A stretch of DNA of 64,000 bases from a virus (taxonomy: Duplodnaviria > Caudoviricetes), in the IMG/VR virus record IMGVR_UViG_3300043672_000039, positions 1 to 64,000 of that record; one strand, written 5' to 3'. A program made the translations under genes and the position numbers. Numbering within the stretch: the first letter of the stretch is position 1; each line of letters opens with the position of its first letter. The notes under the pieces were generated by a model. The model searched no databases, was not told where the DNA came from, and was given only the letters and a program-made list of their open reading frames with translations. Shown in pieces: positions 36,405 to 45,642 of the stretch.

Positions 36405-37011
36405 TTTTGTTGGTATTCGGACTTGTTGGGAATGGGATACCGGCATTCAAAGCCTGTTCACGTTGTGCGAGCCATTCTAACATTTTAATCGGAAGTTCTC
36501 CCTGAAAAACTTGATCGAACGCGATGATCGCTTCAGCGGGGGACGTGCCCATGCCCGCGATGGTATTCTCCGGCGAGCCAGTGACATCGCCGAGGAACGC
36601 TACCCATCCGGTGCCGTCAGAAGTTTTCTGAAGGATGGGGCGGAAACGAAAATGCGGGGACACGACTTCTTGCGCGGCGGCGGACTGATGCTTGAGCAAT
36701 TCGATATTGTGATTCTGGATCAACTCCGCGCGGTGTTCCATGTCGTGCTGAAATTTCATTGAGAATCGGGCGGGGTCCGTGATGATGCTATCGAGCCGGT
36801 TGCAAACATTGATGAAGGTCGCTTCAGCGGAATCGAGCACGTTACCACTTGGGTCGGAAGCTCCGGGAATTTTCTCCATATCCCGGAGAGGATTGAGCAA
36901 CACCCCCATCAGCGTCCCCGCAATCGAGAGCAGGCTATTGATCTGAGTCGATGTGGTAGCGTCAGGGTGCGGTAAATTTTGGCTCAGGGCTAATTGATCT
37001 TTAGGACTCAT
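36301..37011 (-). CDS. Hypothetical protein (236 aa) with HicB-like C-terminal segment
   Basis: WVAFLGD..TIAGMGTSPAEAIIAF; overlaps downstream gene by about 100 nt. Confidence 0.55.
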   Translation of the reverse strand: MSPKDQLALSQNLPHPDATTSTQINSLLSIAGTLMGVLLNPLRDMEKIPGASDPSGNVLDSAEATFINVCNRLDSIITDPARFSMKFQHDMEHRAELIQNHNIELLKHQSAAAQEVVSPHFRFRPILQKTSDGTGWVAFLGDVTGSPENTIAGMGTSPAEAIIAFDQVFQGELPIKMLEWLAQREQALNAGIPFPTSPNTNKNETKYRSVDGRRNRKARRPSRGGSNQQSDSGNPS

Positions 37012-37508
37012 ACATGCTTAAGATGTTTCTTGGCCCAATGCCAGAGCCAAATTGCGTCAATTGCATCATCCGAGAGGGTAACCGATTTCCATCGCGGATA
37101 CAACAAGTAAAGTGACGCCGCCATCATTTCTTTGGTAGCGCCGCCATGCCCGGTAGCAAATTTTTTCAAGGTGCCGGTAGGAACACATTCGATTATAACA
37201 CCGCTCCGCGCACCAAAAGCGCACCACACCGCCGCCCGAAAGCTCGACCAAAGCTGAACCTGATAGGTTGAGGAAGCAAACTGCACGTCTTCAAAAATCA
37301 CTATATCAGCTTTACACTCATTCAGTTGAGAATAAAGGCTCATTACGCGCGGATCACATCTTCGAGTCATTCTCGTCTTACCGTATTCAGTAATCATTTT
37401 ACGAGATGCGAGTTTCCACGTTCCGGCATACTCCGGTTTTGAATCCATGTCTATCCCCATGGCGTAACCAGTATCGGTGCCTAAATCAAGTGCGAGGATT
37501 TTCTTCAT
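37008..37508 (-). CDS. RuvC-like Holliday junction resolvase
   Basis: ILALDLGT, VIFED, TLKKFATGHG.ATK, DDAIDA. Confidence 0.85.
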   Translation of the reverse strand: MKKILALDLGTDTGYAMGIDMDSKPEYAGTWKLASRKMITEYGKTRMTRRCDPRVMSLYSQLNECKADIVIFEDVQFASSTYQVQLWSSFRAAVWCAFGARSGVIIECVPTGTLKKFATGHGGATKEMMAASLYLLYPRWKSVTLSDDAIDAIWLWHWAKKHLKHV

Positions 37509-38221
37509 TCGAGTTTCTTGCTGCGCATCAGTTCGTTTCGGATTTTGCGCAGCGCCTTTGAATGAGTGCTCTGAGCCGCCGAGCGGGTTGTCGCCGTCAG
37601 GTCTCCGATTTGCTGAAAGTTTAGGTGCCCCCGGTAAACTAAATCGATGACCATTTGTTCTTGCTCGGTAAGTTTTTTCTTGATGATGTCTTCGACGATC
37701 TTCAGGCGTTCTCGAAAATCTATACTTCTGAAATCAGCTTCCTCATGGGGCTCAATTACGTGTTCGAAAGCTGGTTTGAAATTCCAATCCTCATACTCGT
37801 TTAGCTCAAGTTCAGGGTCCGTAAGTCCACCGCCCGGAAGAAACACTGCCGCCCAACCATTGTGCAAATATTTTGTGGTTTCTTCCTCATGCAAGCTCGA
37901 ATGTTTTACAACATCAATCGTTTTCCAATAGTCACTTATCTCACCACGGATGGCAATTTTTGAGAACGCCATGAAACGCAGCGTGCCGGGCCGGAAACGT
38001 TTTGCAGACCGGCGAAGCGCGAGATAGCACAGACTGAACAACTCGTCGTCAGCGATTTTGTTCCGGCACACGCGTTTCGAATAGAGAAAAGCGTCTCGCA
38101 TGGTGTGCAGCACGAGCGAGTTTATGTCGTCATCGTTCTTGTCGTGCTGGATTTTGCGGGCGAGATCGAATTCCTGATCGCGCGTGAAAACATCGGGAGG
38201 CAGTGATTCAAGTAGCTTCAT
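37505..38221 (-). CDS. Phage-encoded sigma70-family RNA polymerase sigma factor
   Basis: FTRDQEFDLARKI (region 1.2), LCYLALRRSAKRF.P..LRF..F...IRGEI (region 2), LTEQEQMVIDL.Y..LNFQQIG...KALRKIR (region 4). Confidence 0.85.
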   Translation of the reverse strand: MKLLESLPPDVFTRDQEFDLARKIQHDKNDDDINSLVLHTMRDAFLYSKRVCRNKIADDELFSLCYLALRRSAKRFRPGTLRFMAFSKIAIRGEISDYWKTIDVVKHSSLHEEETTKYLHNGWAAVFLPGGGLTDPELELNEYEDWNFKPAFEHVIEPHEEADFRSIDFRERLKIVEDIIKKKLTEQEQMVIDLVYRGHLNFQQIGDLTATTRSAAQSTHSKALRKIRNELMRSKKLE

Positions 38222-40415
38222 TGGGGACGGTAAAAATTGAAACGGTTTGAGGCTCCGGCGCGGAGACCTGCGGGGGTGCCGCAACTTGGGTTGTCCGGCT
38301 GAATTTCCAGACGCGGGTATTGATTGGCCCGGTCTCAGCCGTGCATTGCATCAAACCTTCTTTCTGAATCTGTTCGAGATAGCGGGAGACCTGCTCTAGT
38401 TTGATCGAATGAAGGACGTATTCATTCAAGGGATTCGTCGCGAGCATCTTGATGAGCTTTGATACCGAGCCGCGCCATTCTGTTAGGTCCGGCTGACCGT
38501 CGAACAACTCTTGCAGCGATTCGATCAACAATTCTTTGAAGGGTGCGCTTGGGTTGCTCTGCTGAGATTGCTCAAGCAACGTTTGCTCTTGAAAGGACGC
38601 GAATCCGTAACGTGAGTCCCGCTCAATTTCCTCCGGCGCTATCCAATCGATGAGCCAGCGTAGGAAGTAGGGTAGCTCCGCCTGAATGAGTTGTTTCGTT
38701 TCCGCGCGGCTCGGGAATTTGAACCGGGACGCCGCCGCGCATTTGAATAAGCACGTCTTGTCGAGGGAGGAATTGTCCATCGGTCCGACGATTCGACTGC
38801 TAACAAAGTCTAAGTTAGTCGTGCAGCCGATTCGCCCCATCCATTCGGTCATCCCGGAGACCTGAAATTTTTCGTTCGCCAAGTGCTGCTGATTCGCCGC
38901 CGTCTTCTTGAACATCGCATGGAGCTTGGCGTTTGCAGTCGGGGAGTTTGACGGCGTATCATCATCAAGACACCAATGGGGGACGTGCATCAAGTGCGAA
39001 TTGAACACCGAGCCCTCGACAAGGTAATCAGACGCATCGATGAACCCGCCAACCGCGACGCCGATTATTTGCCGGTTGATGAGAGTCTTTCCAATGCCGA
39101 CACCGCCCATCAAGAACATATTTTGTCCGGGCATCGGGTTCTGAAACCACGAGGAGCAATAGTAGTATTGAAACCACGCTAGGAAGTGCGGAAGTTGTGA
39201 CGCCGGGTCGAACAGTGCGTCAAGCAACTTCGAAAGGAACGGGAATTTTCCTTGCTCTCCCCACTCTTGAGCCCCCTCCGCAGGTGCCGTGGGCTTGTGG
39301 ATGTAAGTATTGAGCATCCGCTCACCGAGAAAGTCGAGGGGTCCAGACGCGCGGAACACAAATGGGACTGCGGCCTTGATACGGTTGTGATTGAAAATGT
39401 GGCTCAGTGCTTTGTCGAGCGGAGATACGCCGGACTTGTCCGCTTTATTACTCAGCGCACAATCGACCTTCAGGTAATTGGTAATTTCTTTTTCACCTAG
39501 CGACGCATACATTCCCCGAATCTTTCGCCAAACCCTTTTGGAATCCCACCAGACATCCATGGTTGCCTTAGTGATGCTGCTCTCAGAGAATTGCTTTACG
39601 AAATCGTTACCGAGGATATCCGCCCACGTCGAAAATGGTTTGGCGGCATGCGCAGAAAAAGAAAACATGCCGGTCGGTTTGACGATTGCAGAGAGGGGCG
39701 ATGTGCTTTCCGGAATCCAGAAGCTTGGGCCTTGCGACTCGACCGCGAATTCACCCGGCCAGTTCATGTTCGGGTATTTTTCCTTCAACGCTTTTTCAAC
39801 GATGTCGAGCGGGATATCGGTTTCGTTCGCAGGCCGGAAACGAAACTTGCGCCCGCAGTCCACGAAGAACGCTTGCAACGCGGGCTCGGAAATTTGCGGA
39901 AGATTCGTCGCTTTCCAAACGCAACCATTGCAAAGCAGACGGCTTGGGGCTTGGAATGCGGGGGCATCAAATGCCGGTAACATATCGAGTTGCAACCATT
40001 TAATCGCGGCTTCGAGAACGAAGGCGCAAAAAGCGTATTCATCAACGAGCAGGGGGCGGGGGAGTATCCAGACGAGTCGAACATTGCCGCCGAGGGAACG
40101 TTCGACCCACTGTGGGGGATACGGCATCGCGGCGATAGCCTCAGAGACTCTGGCGTCCGGGATATTAACATCGTAGTCAGCGGCAAAGGCATGGATTTTA
40201 TGAGGACTGTTCTCCTTGCCCGGGCGCATATTCGCATTAATCGCTTCGATCCCGCTATAAAAAGAATGATTAGTTGCAGGATTGGCATACCACGCCTGTC
40301 GATCTTCTTTACTTCCCCGAATTTGTGCAGTTATTTTTTCTGTGGGAATGAATTCCCACGGAATACTGGGTATGACGGACTGTTCTGTAAGATTTTTTGC
40401 AGCAAAGAATATCAT
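38208..40415 (-). CDS. Primase-polymerase / helicase (DNA primase-helicase)
   Basis: N-terminal AFAADYD...SLGGNVRLVW prim-pol-like region; GGVGIGKT Walker A and LDDD Walker B. Confidence 0.8.
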   Translation of the reverse strand: MIFFAAKNLTEQSVIPSIPWEFIPTEKITAQIRGSKEDRQAWYANPATNHSFYSGIEAINANMRPGKENSPHKIHAFAADYDVNIPDARVSEAIAAMPYPPQWVERSLGGNVRLVWILPRPLLVDEYAFCAFVLEAAIKWLQLDMLPAFDAPAFQAPSRLLCNGCVWKATNLPQISEPALQAFFVDCGRKFRFRPANETDIPLDIVEKALKEKYPNMNWPGEFAVESQGPSFWIPESTSPLSAIVKPTGMFSFSAHAAKPFSTWADILGNDFVKQFSESSITKATMDVWWDSKRVWRKIRGMYASLGEKEITNYLKVDCALSNKADKSGVSPLDKALSHIFNHNRIKAAVPFVFRASGPLDFLGERMLNTYIHKPTAPAEGAQEWGEQGKFPFLSKLLDALFDPASQLPHFLAWFQYYYCSSWFQNPMPGQNMFLMGGVGIGKTLINRQIIGVAVGGFIDASDYLVEGSVFNSHLMHVPHWCLDDDTPSNSPTANAKLHAMFKKTAANQQHLANEKFQVSGMTEWMGRIGCTTNLDFVSSRIVGPMDNSSLDKTCLFKCAAASRFKFPSRAETKQLIQAELPYFLRWLIDWIAPEEIERDSRYGFASFQEQTLLEQSQQSNPSAPFKELLIESLQELFDGQPDLTEWRGSVSKLIKMLATNPLNEYVLHSIKLEQVSRYLEQIQKEGLMQCTAETGPINTRVWKFSRTTQVAAPPQVSAPEPQTVSIFTVPNEAT

Positions 40416-40891
40416 GGAAAATTTAGCTGTAAAGAACATCTTAACCCGAGAGTTTTGGCGGCTAAATCATAAGCTTTCGCGGCCATCTTTTCAGATAAAA
40501 AATTACCGAGATTTTTGTCTTTCCGATTTAGGCATATATGCGAAGCCCATTTTTGGCGGTCCGAATTCCAACTAACACCCCGATATTTGGATGTCGCAAA
40601 ACGTTTTTTGCTGCAATGACCGTGCGCGTTTTCTAGATGTGTTGCGGGCAACAAATTTTTACGACGATTATCTAATCCATCCCCATTTTTATGATTCACT
40701 CGCGAGAACCCCGAAATAAAATGATGTAAATATTGCCCCGAAGATCGCTTTGTGCGGGGGTCCCATATGGCGCGTTTTGCGTAGCTGGTATGTGTGCGTA
40801 AGGATACCGACCAATTATACTCCATCGTCCGTAAATAATCAATACTATCCACAATCGCGAATTTTCCTTGAGTGAGCGGGATTCGTTTCAT
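40412..40891 (-). CDS. HNH-AP2 homing endonuclease
   Basis: IPLTQGKFAIVD, VNHKNGDGLDNRRKNL, SKYRGVSW...AAKAYD. Confidence 0.9.
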   Translation of the reverse strand: MKRIPLTQGKFAIVDSIDYLRTMEYNWSVSLRTHTSYAKRAIWDPRTKRSSGQYLHHFISGFSRVNHKNGDGLDNRRKNLLPATHLENAHGHCSKKRFATSKYRGVSWNSDRQKWASHICLNRKDKNLGNFLSEKMAAKAYDLAAKTLGLRCSLQLNFP

Positions 40892-42871
40892 TTATTTACA
40901 ATAAAAAGACACAACTTTAGCTTCGGCGGCAATTGGGCATCCCTCAAGCCAGCCCGGGCATACTGACATTATTTTTTCCACATCCGTCGCCGTAACAGAG
41001 GGATCGACTTCAAGAATCGCCTCATCATGCGCCGTGAAAAGGACCGTATCAGGACCAAAGGCATCCTCTAGAGCGACGAGATGGTGCCCGAATACGTCCC
41101 GCGCGGTAGCTTGGACGAGGTTCTCACATAAAATCCCACCGTAATAGGGCTTACGTCTGCCATCTGATTCTGCTGTAAAAATCGTTCGCTTTACCGGCTT
41201 TCCATTTTCATCCGGCTCGATTCGAATACTCGCCCGAACCCCCCGATATGTCATGCAGCGTCCGCTTGGCATCTTCATTACAAAGTCAGAAGCAATCGAG
41301 CGTTTAAACGATTGGTCGAGATCGCTCCAAAGTTTAGTCAACAGCGGGCTTTTTTCCCGAAACTCTTTCACAATTTCTTTACTACGCTTGCCGTAACCGG
41401 AAACCTTTTTCACTTCTCCGGTCACGGGGTCCAGAGATTCAATCCATTCCGGGTCGTCTTTTGTTATATCGATTCCGCCTGCCGCCGCGATTGTGATAAA
41501 TTTTTTCCACGCGGCCTGATAACCTAGGCCGAGAACCATGATCTTAATCAATTTGTAGTAGTCACTGTCCTTGTCCATTCTCCCGGTCGCGGCGTATCCC
41601 ATGTTAGCCCGGGCAAATGCTTCATACACTGATAACCCCCCTCGTATCATGTCGAGTAATTTTTGATTACCCGTAATCCACGCAAGAACCCGAGGTTCAA
41701 TCTGTGACAGGTCCGAAGTGATCATTTTTTTCCCGGGACGAGGCACCAGCAGAGAACGAAAATCAAGAGAGTATTTTACCCATTCCGAAAGCTCGCCCGT
41801 TTTCTTTTTTGCACTCAACGCGGAATCGATTCGGGCTTCATTAGTTTCCATTAACCCTAGTTCATTCACTAGTAGAGGTTTCTTACGCGGATTTTGAAGG
41901 TTGATTTTTTCCGCTCCCGACCATCGGCCCGTATGCGCACCAAAAAATTTTAATCCGAAAGGCATCGTGCCGTCGTCTCGCAACCGTTCTTTCATCAACA
42001 TGAAAGTTTTATATAACTTGTTCACACTGCGCCAAGATGATAGCGCGGAAATCCATTTGTGCGTCTTGCCGTAAGTTGTTTCCCACTCCTCAAATGCTTC
42101 CTCCCCCTCGTTCGCCTTCACCGGGGGCGAGGGAATACCGACGCGGCGGCACATTTCCGCAATACACTTCGTCGAAGTCGGCTTAGTGTTGAATTCATCC
42201 CACGATTCATCCTCCGCACCGGCCAGCCACGGCAGAACTTTTTCTGTATTGAGTTTTACCTCATGCGCTTGCACGATGTAATCATTCAGTAACGCGGTGT
42301 TGATTTGAATTCCGCGCATGCCTTGCGCAATCGTTTGATTGCTCAATCGTCGTTCGATCTCCGGCCATTTCGCGGAGTGATCGTTCCAAAGACGCCAGCA
42401 CCAATAAGCATCGGAGCCGCCATATTTCAGCATGTCGGAACGTTCTTTCTCCGAGAAATCCTGCGGCCAACGTTTTCCGTCCGCATTGGCGCGAACGGAT
42501 TTATCAAGTTTGATTTTGTAGAGAAATTCCACCGCGTCCGAGAGTGCTCGCCGATTGCAAAGATACGCGGTCATGTTCGCCGTGCATTCCCAACTTGAAT
42601 ACTTAATCGGAGGAGCTAATTTTCTTTTCACTAACTCGTTGAAAACGGTATGGTCGAAGTAGCTGTTATGACTGAGAAGCCTCTGTCCTTCGAGAGCCGA
42701 CCAATTAAAATCCCTCGGATGCCCGACCCATGATTGAGACCCATCACAAACGGCAAGCAAGTATGCGTCGAACATTTCATGGGCACAATATTGCTCCGCA
42801 ATCATCTGCCGCAAACCAAACTTAAGTTTGGAACTGTAAAAGGTCTCGAAATCCACGGCCACATTATTCAT
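40892..42871 (-). CDS. polA: DNA polymerase, family A (3'-5' exonuclease + polymerase)
   Basis: VDFET and HNSYFD exonuclease motifs; HTGRWSG, DLSQIEPRVL (motif A), K..VLGLGY (motif B), HDE (motif C). Confidence 0.93.
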   Translation of the reverse strand: MNNVAVDFETFYSSKLKFGLRQMIAEQYCAHEMFDAYLLAVCDGSQSWVGHPRDFNWSALEGQRLLSHNSYFDHTVFNELVKRKLAPPIKYSSWECTANMTAYLCNRRALSDAVEFLYKIKLDKSVRANADGKRWPQDFSEKERSDMLKYGGSDAYWCWRLWNDHSAKWPEIERRLSNQTIAQGMRGIQINTALLNDYIVQAHEVKLNTEKVLPWLAGAEDESWDEFNTKPTSTKCIAEMCRRVGIPSPPVKANEGEEAFEEWETTYGKTHKWISALSSWRSVNKLYKTFMLMKERLRDDGTMPFGLKFFGAHTGRWSGAEKINLQNPRKKPLLVNELGLMETNEARIDSALSAKKKTGELSEWVKYSLDFRSLLVPRPGKKMITSDLSQIEPRVLAWITGNQKLLDMIRGGLSVYEAFARANMGYAATGRMDKDSDYYKLIKIMVLGLGYQAAWKKFITIAAAGGIDITKDDPEWIESLDPVTGEVKKVSGYGKRSKEIVKEFREKSPLLTKLWSDLDQSFKRSIASDFVMKMPSGRCMTYRGVRASIRIEPDENGKPVKRTIFTAESDGRRKPYYGGILCENLVQATARDVFGHHLVALEDAFGPDTVLFTAHDEAILEVDPSVTATDVEKIMSVCPGWLEGCPIAAEAKVVSFYCK

Positions 42872-43053
42872 AGGCTGCGGCGAAGTTCGTCGATGCGGTT
42901 CTCTTGATCTTCGATAGTGCCCTGTAGTCTAGTAATTTCATCCGCCTTGGCTTGCATTTCCAAGCCGTGCTTGATGACGAGATCGCAGAGCGGGCACGTT
43001 AATTCCCAGTGCAAAATTTCTGGATGTCCTGCGTTGCAATATTCTTTACTCAT
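42868..43053 (-). CDS. Small Zn-binding/coiled-coil protein (61 aa)
   Basis: C..GH..CPLC then heptad repeats; overlap with polA start. Confidence 0.6.
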   Translation of the reverse strand: MSKEYCNAGHPEILHWELTCPLCDLVIKHGLEMQAKADEITRLQGTIEDQENRIDELRRSL

Positions 43054-43061
43054 AAGAAATT

Positions 43062-43089
43062 TGGCCGGTATTATATATAATACCGGCCA
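43062..43089. repeat. Perfect 28-bp palindrome TGGCCGGTATTATATATAATACCGGCCA
   Basis: Directly checked as self-complementary; intergenic. Confidence 0.9.
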
Positions 43090-43113
43090 GAATTATTTTC
43101 TACGGGCGGTATC

Positions 43114-43473
43114 TCATCGCGTTCGGCTGAGCGTGCAGCCGACCGTGGGTTGCCGTTGAACCTTGTTTTGGATCATCCGGCAAATCATTTGATTGAAAAT
43201 CGTTTCCAGATTCTCCAGAAACGCGCCCTTGACGAAGTTGACTTCGTCCGGAGTTGGGTCGGTCGGGCTTGCGGCCTGACCCTGCCCGAGTGCCGGATGC
43301 AGAGTGTTCGCGCTCTTGTTGCGCAACTCCCGCAAGACGTTCTCGATGTCAGCATAAAGCTCGTCGAGAAAATCCTGACCGGTGCGGGTAAATTTTCCGG
43401 CGCGATAAGTCTTCGAGCATCGCAGCGCGAAGTCCTTCGAGGCCGACTCGTTTATCATGCTGGAGACGTTCAC
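43114..43473 (-). CDS. Hypothetical protein, possible histone-fold
   Basis: Helix-RAGKFTRTG-long helix-PTVGCTL pattern. Confidence 0.5.
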   Translation of the reverse strand: MNVSSMINESASKDFALRCSKTYRAGKFTRTGQDFLDELYADIENVLRELRNKSANTLHPALGQGQAASPTDPTPDEVNFVKGAFLENLETIFNQMICRMIQNKVQRQPTVGCTLSRTR

Positions 43474-44099
43474 GATTCCACCCCCATTTCGCCATGCTCC
43501 GGACAGTGGGGTGCGCCGACATCGTCAATCCACTTCTGGGTAGTGCGGCAGACGTATCCGCATTCCGCGTCCTGACACTGGCACTTAATGAGCCGGGAAC
43601 CGGGCTTCGCTTTATTCCGAGACGGACCCCGGAAGCTTTCGAAAATGTCGCGGTCGAATTTGATCTCCTTCAAAAAGTCTTCGCCGGGCTTCGCCAAGTC
43701 CGTGTAACCATAGCCGACAGAACTGTCCCGGGGCTTCACTTCGAGCCCGAGCTTCTCCGCCATGATCTTGAATTTCTTGTTATGCATCCGGCCATTGGAA
43801 CAGTCCTTTATGCCGAGCACATTGTTTTCCGCGTGGGCCAGTTCGTGCAACAGGGTCTCGCCCATGTTGTGCTCTTTCAGATACTCCGCGCAGAGATTGA
43901 TTTCATGCACGGTTGCCTTCTTGTCTTTCGTCCGCCAATACTCCGGACCGAACCAGCCGAGGGCATTCTTTCGCCCGGTGCTCTGAATCGTCAAACAGAT
44001 TTGTTCGGGCTTAACCGTGAGCCCGAAATGTTTGATCGCTTGTGAGATGACTCGCTCCGATTCGGTTATCACCGGCACGAGGGATGAACTATTTTTCAT
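43470..44099 (-). CDS. SprT-like zinc metalloprotease with C-terminal Zn ribbon
   Basis: TLLHELAH...HNKKF; C.CQ..ECG...CPEH. Confidence 0.85.
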   Translation of the reverse strand: MKNSSSLVPVITESERVISQAIKHFGLTVKPEQICLTIQSTGRKNALGWFGPEYWRTKDKKATVHEINLCAEYLKEHNMGETLLHELAHAENNVLGIKDCSNGRMHNKKFKIMAEKLGLEVKPRDSSVGYGYTDLAKPGEDFLKEIKFDRDIFESFRGPSRNKAKPGSRLIKCQCQDAECGYVCRTTQKWIDDVGAPHCPEHGEMGVES

Positions 44100-44146
44100 A
44101 CTTTTTGCATTCTAATGATTTGGCGTTTTGCCGCATCTTCAGAACC

Positions 44147-44174
44147 AATATAACACAGATTGTTTAAACGTCAA
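44147..44174 (-). promoter_or_regulatory. Sigma70-type promoter TTGACG-N16-TATATT
   Basis: Intergenic, upstream of SprT-like gene. Confidence 0.55.
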
Positions 44175-44206
44175 GTGGGGCGGTTGTCCGCCCCACTGAC
44201 GATGAA

Positions 44207-45112
44207 TTACTCAGCCACTTCGTCAGCGGGCACCGAGGCCGGAGCCACAGACCCAGTAAGCAGGGCTCGAACAAAGTCGAGGAACGCTTCCGTATTCTTG
44301 GCCCTCGGAACACAGACCGGAATCCACGTCGAGTTGCCGCTTTTATACGGCTTCAGGATGGTGGAAGCGGAGAAGTTCATCGTAGGGTATCCCTTCTGAA
44401 GGCAACCGATTCTCCGTTCCGTGAAGAACACGCCTTTGGCCAGCGAAGTATATGACGTGCCCTTCAGCGCCCAAAGAGCCAGCGCGTATTTCTTTCCGTC
44501 CACGGCGAAACCGAAAACGGTGTCATCGTCCGCCGCAGTTGCCGGGCGTTCGATGAGCACCACCGCGTCCGCCAATGGCTCGAACCGTTTCATGCCAGCC
44601 GCTTTCTTCAGTTGGTATTCCTTGTAGTCAAGGGTGCCGCCGTAGGCTCTGACTTCTGCCTCGGTGTTGACGATGAGGTTGCTGACGCCGGGAGCATAAA
44701 CGTCCGGCTTCTCAACGTAGCGCGTGGGCCGGAAGCCCAGCACGGTGATAAACGCCGGGGCTGACGCCGCGCGGCGAACGTTGCCGGTAGCCATGTCGAT
44801 ATCCGGCGGGGTGAACAGAACAGTCGTCCGGCGAAAAACAATCGAGCCTGGGTGGAACTGATCTTTGAGGTTGCCGGTATCATATACGAGATTGACCCGA
44901 GGCAAGATTATGTCCTCAAATCCCGGGAGGGTATCGCCAAGAACAAATCCGGAGCCTTTCGCAGGCACACCCGGAGAGGGCGGAACGACTGCCGGAAGGT
45001 TGGAGGTTTGTGCGGGCTTAGCCGCGTCAACCGCCGCATTCTCTGCGGGGGTCTGGACTGGTGTAACAGGCTGTGCGCCTTTGCCGAAGGATGTATTGAA
45101 TTTGACTTCCAT
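44207..45112 (-). CDS. Putative ssDNA-binding protein
   Basis: Replication-module position, acidic tail (DEVAE), long A-rich leader indicating high expression. Confidence 0.5.
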   Translation of the reverse strand: MEVKFNTSFGKGAQPVTPVQTPAENAAVDAAKPAQTSNLPAVVPPSPGVPAKGSGFVLGDTLPGFEDIILPRVNLVYDTGNLKDQFHPGSIVFRRTTVLFTPPDIDMATGNVRRAASAPAFITVLGFRPTRYVEKPDVYAPGVSNLIVNTEAEVRAYGGTLDYKEYQLKKAAGMKRFEPLADAVVLIERPATAADDDTVFGFAVDGKKYALALWALKGTSYTSLAKGVFFTERRIGCLQKGYPTMNFSASTILKPYKSGNSTWIPVCVPRAKNTEAFLDFVRALLTGSVAPASVPADEVAE

Positions 45113-45150
45113 ACTTTTATTTTTATGTTTTTATTTTGTTTTTGGTTTTT

Positions 45151-45642
45151 TTACGCCCGATTCGACGTAAAATTTCCACGGACAAATTTACGGAAAGCAT
45201 ACTTCGCTATAATGTCATAACGATTCGCTGCTTCCATCCGTGATGAAAAATGACCCAAGAAAAACTGTCTTCCGAAAACTTGAATGTCGGCCCTCCATTT
45301 TCCGGAGACCGAATTCCATGATACCCCCTTAAAACCGCTCGTGTTATCGCGCCTTCGGGCTGTATTCATTAGATTTTGTGACGGTGAGGCGATTCTTAAA
45401 TTTTTTCTCGTGTTGTCAAGGCTATCTAAATTTTTATGATCAACCTGTATTTTCGGATTGAGAATTTTCAAAATCTGACGATGCATTAGGATGGTTTTCT
45501 TTTTACCGGCGATTCTCACGTCCCGGGCCGCGTAATACCGAGACCCGCCCCAAAGAGAATACCATTTCTTTTTAATCAAAAAGGGGAAGTCCCGTTTATT
45601 CACTTTCGCATATAGCCCTCTAGTTAGCGGGATTTTTGTCAT
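45151..45642 (-). CDS. HNH-AP2 homing endonuclease
   Basis: IPLTRG, VDHKNLDSLDNTRKNLR, NTSGFKGV...EAANRYD. Confidence 0.9.
   Translation of the reverse strand: MTKIPLTRGLYAKVNKRDFPFLIKKKWYSLWGGSRYYAARDVRIAGKKKTILMHRQILKILNPKIQVDHKNLDSLDNTRKNLRIASPSQNLMNTARRRDNTSGFKGVSWNSVSGKWRADIQVFGRQFFLGHFSSRMEAANRYDIIAKYAFRKFVRGNFTSNRA

Noticed and set aside
36301-37011. HicAB toxin-antitoxin pair
   Set aside because: Only a HicB-like segment is present; no HicA partner identified
40892-42871. Intron or intein in polA or primase next to HNH genes
   Set aside because: Both genes are contiguous with all motifs present; the HNHs are free-standing
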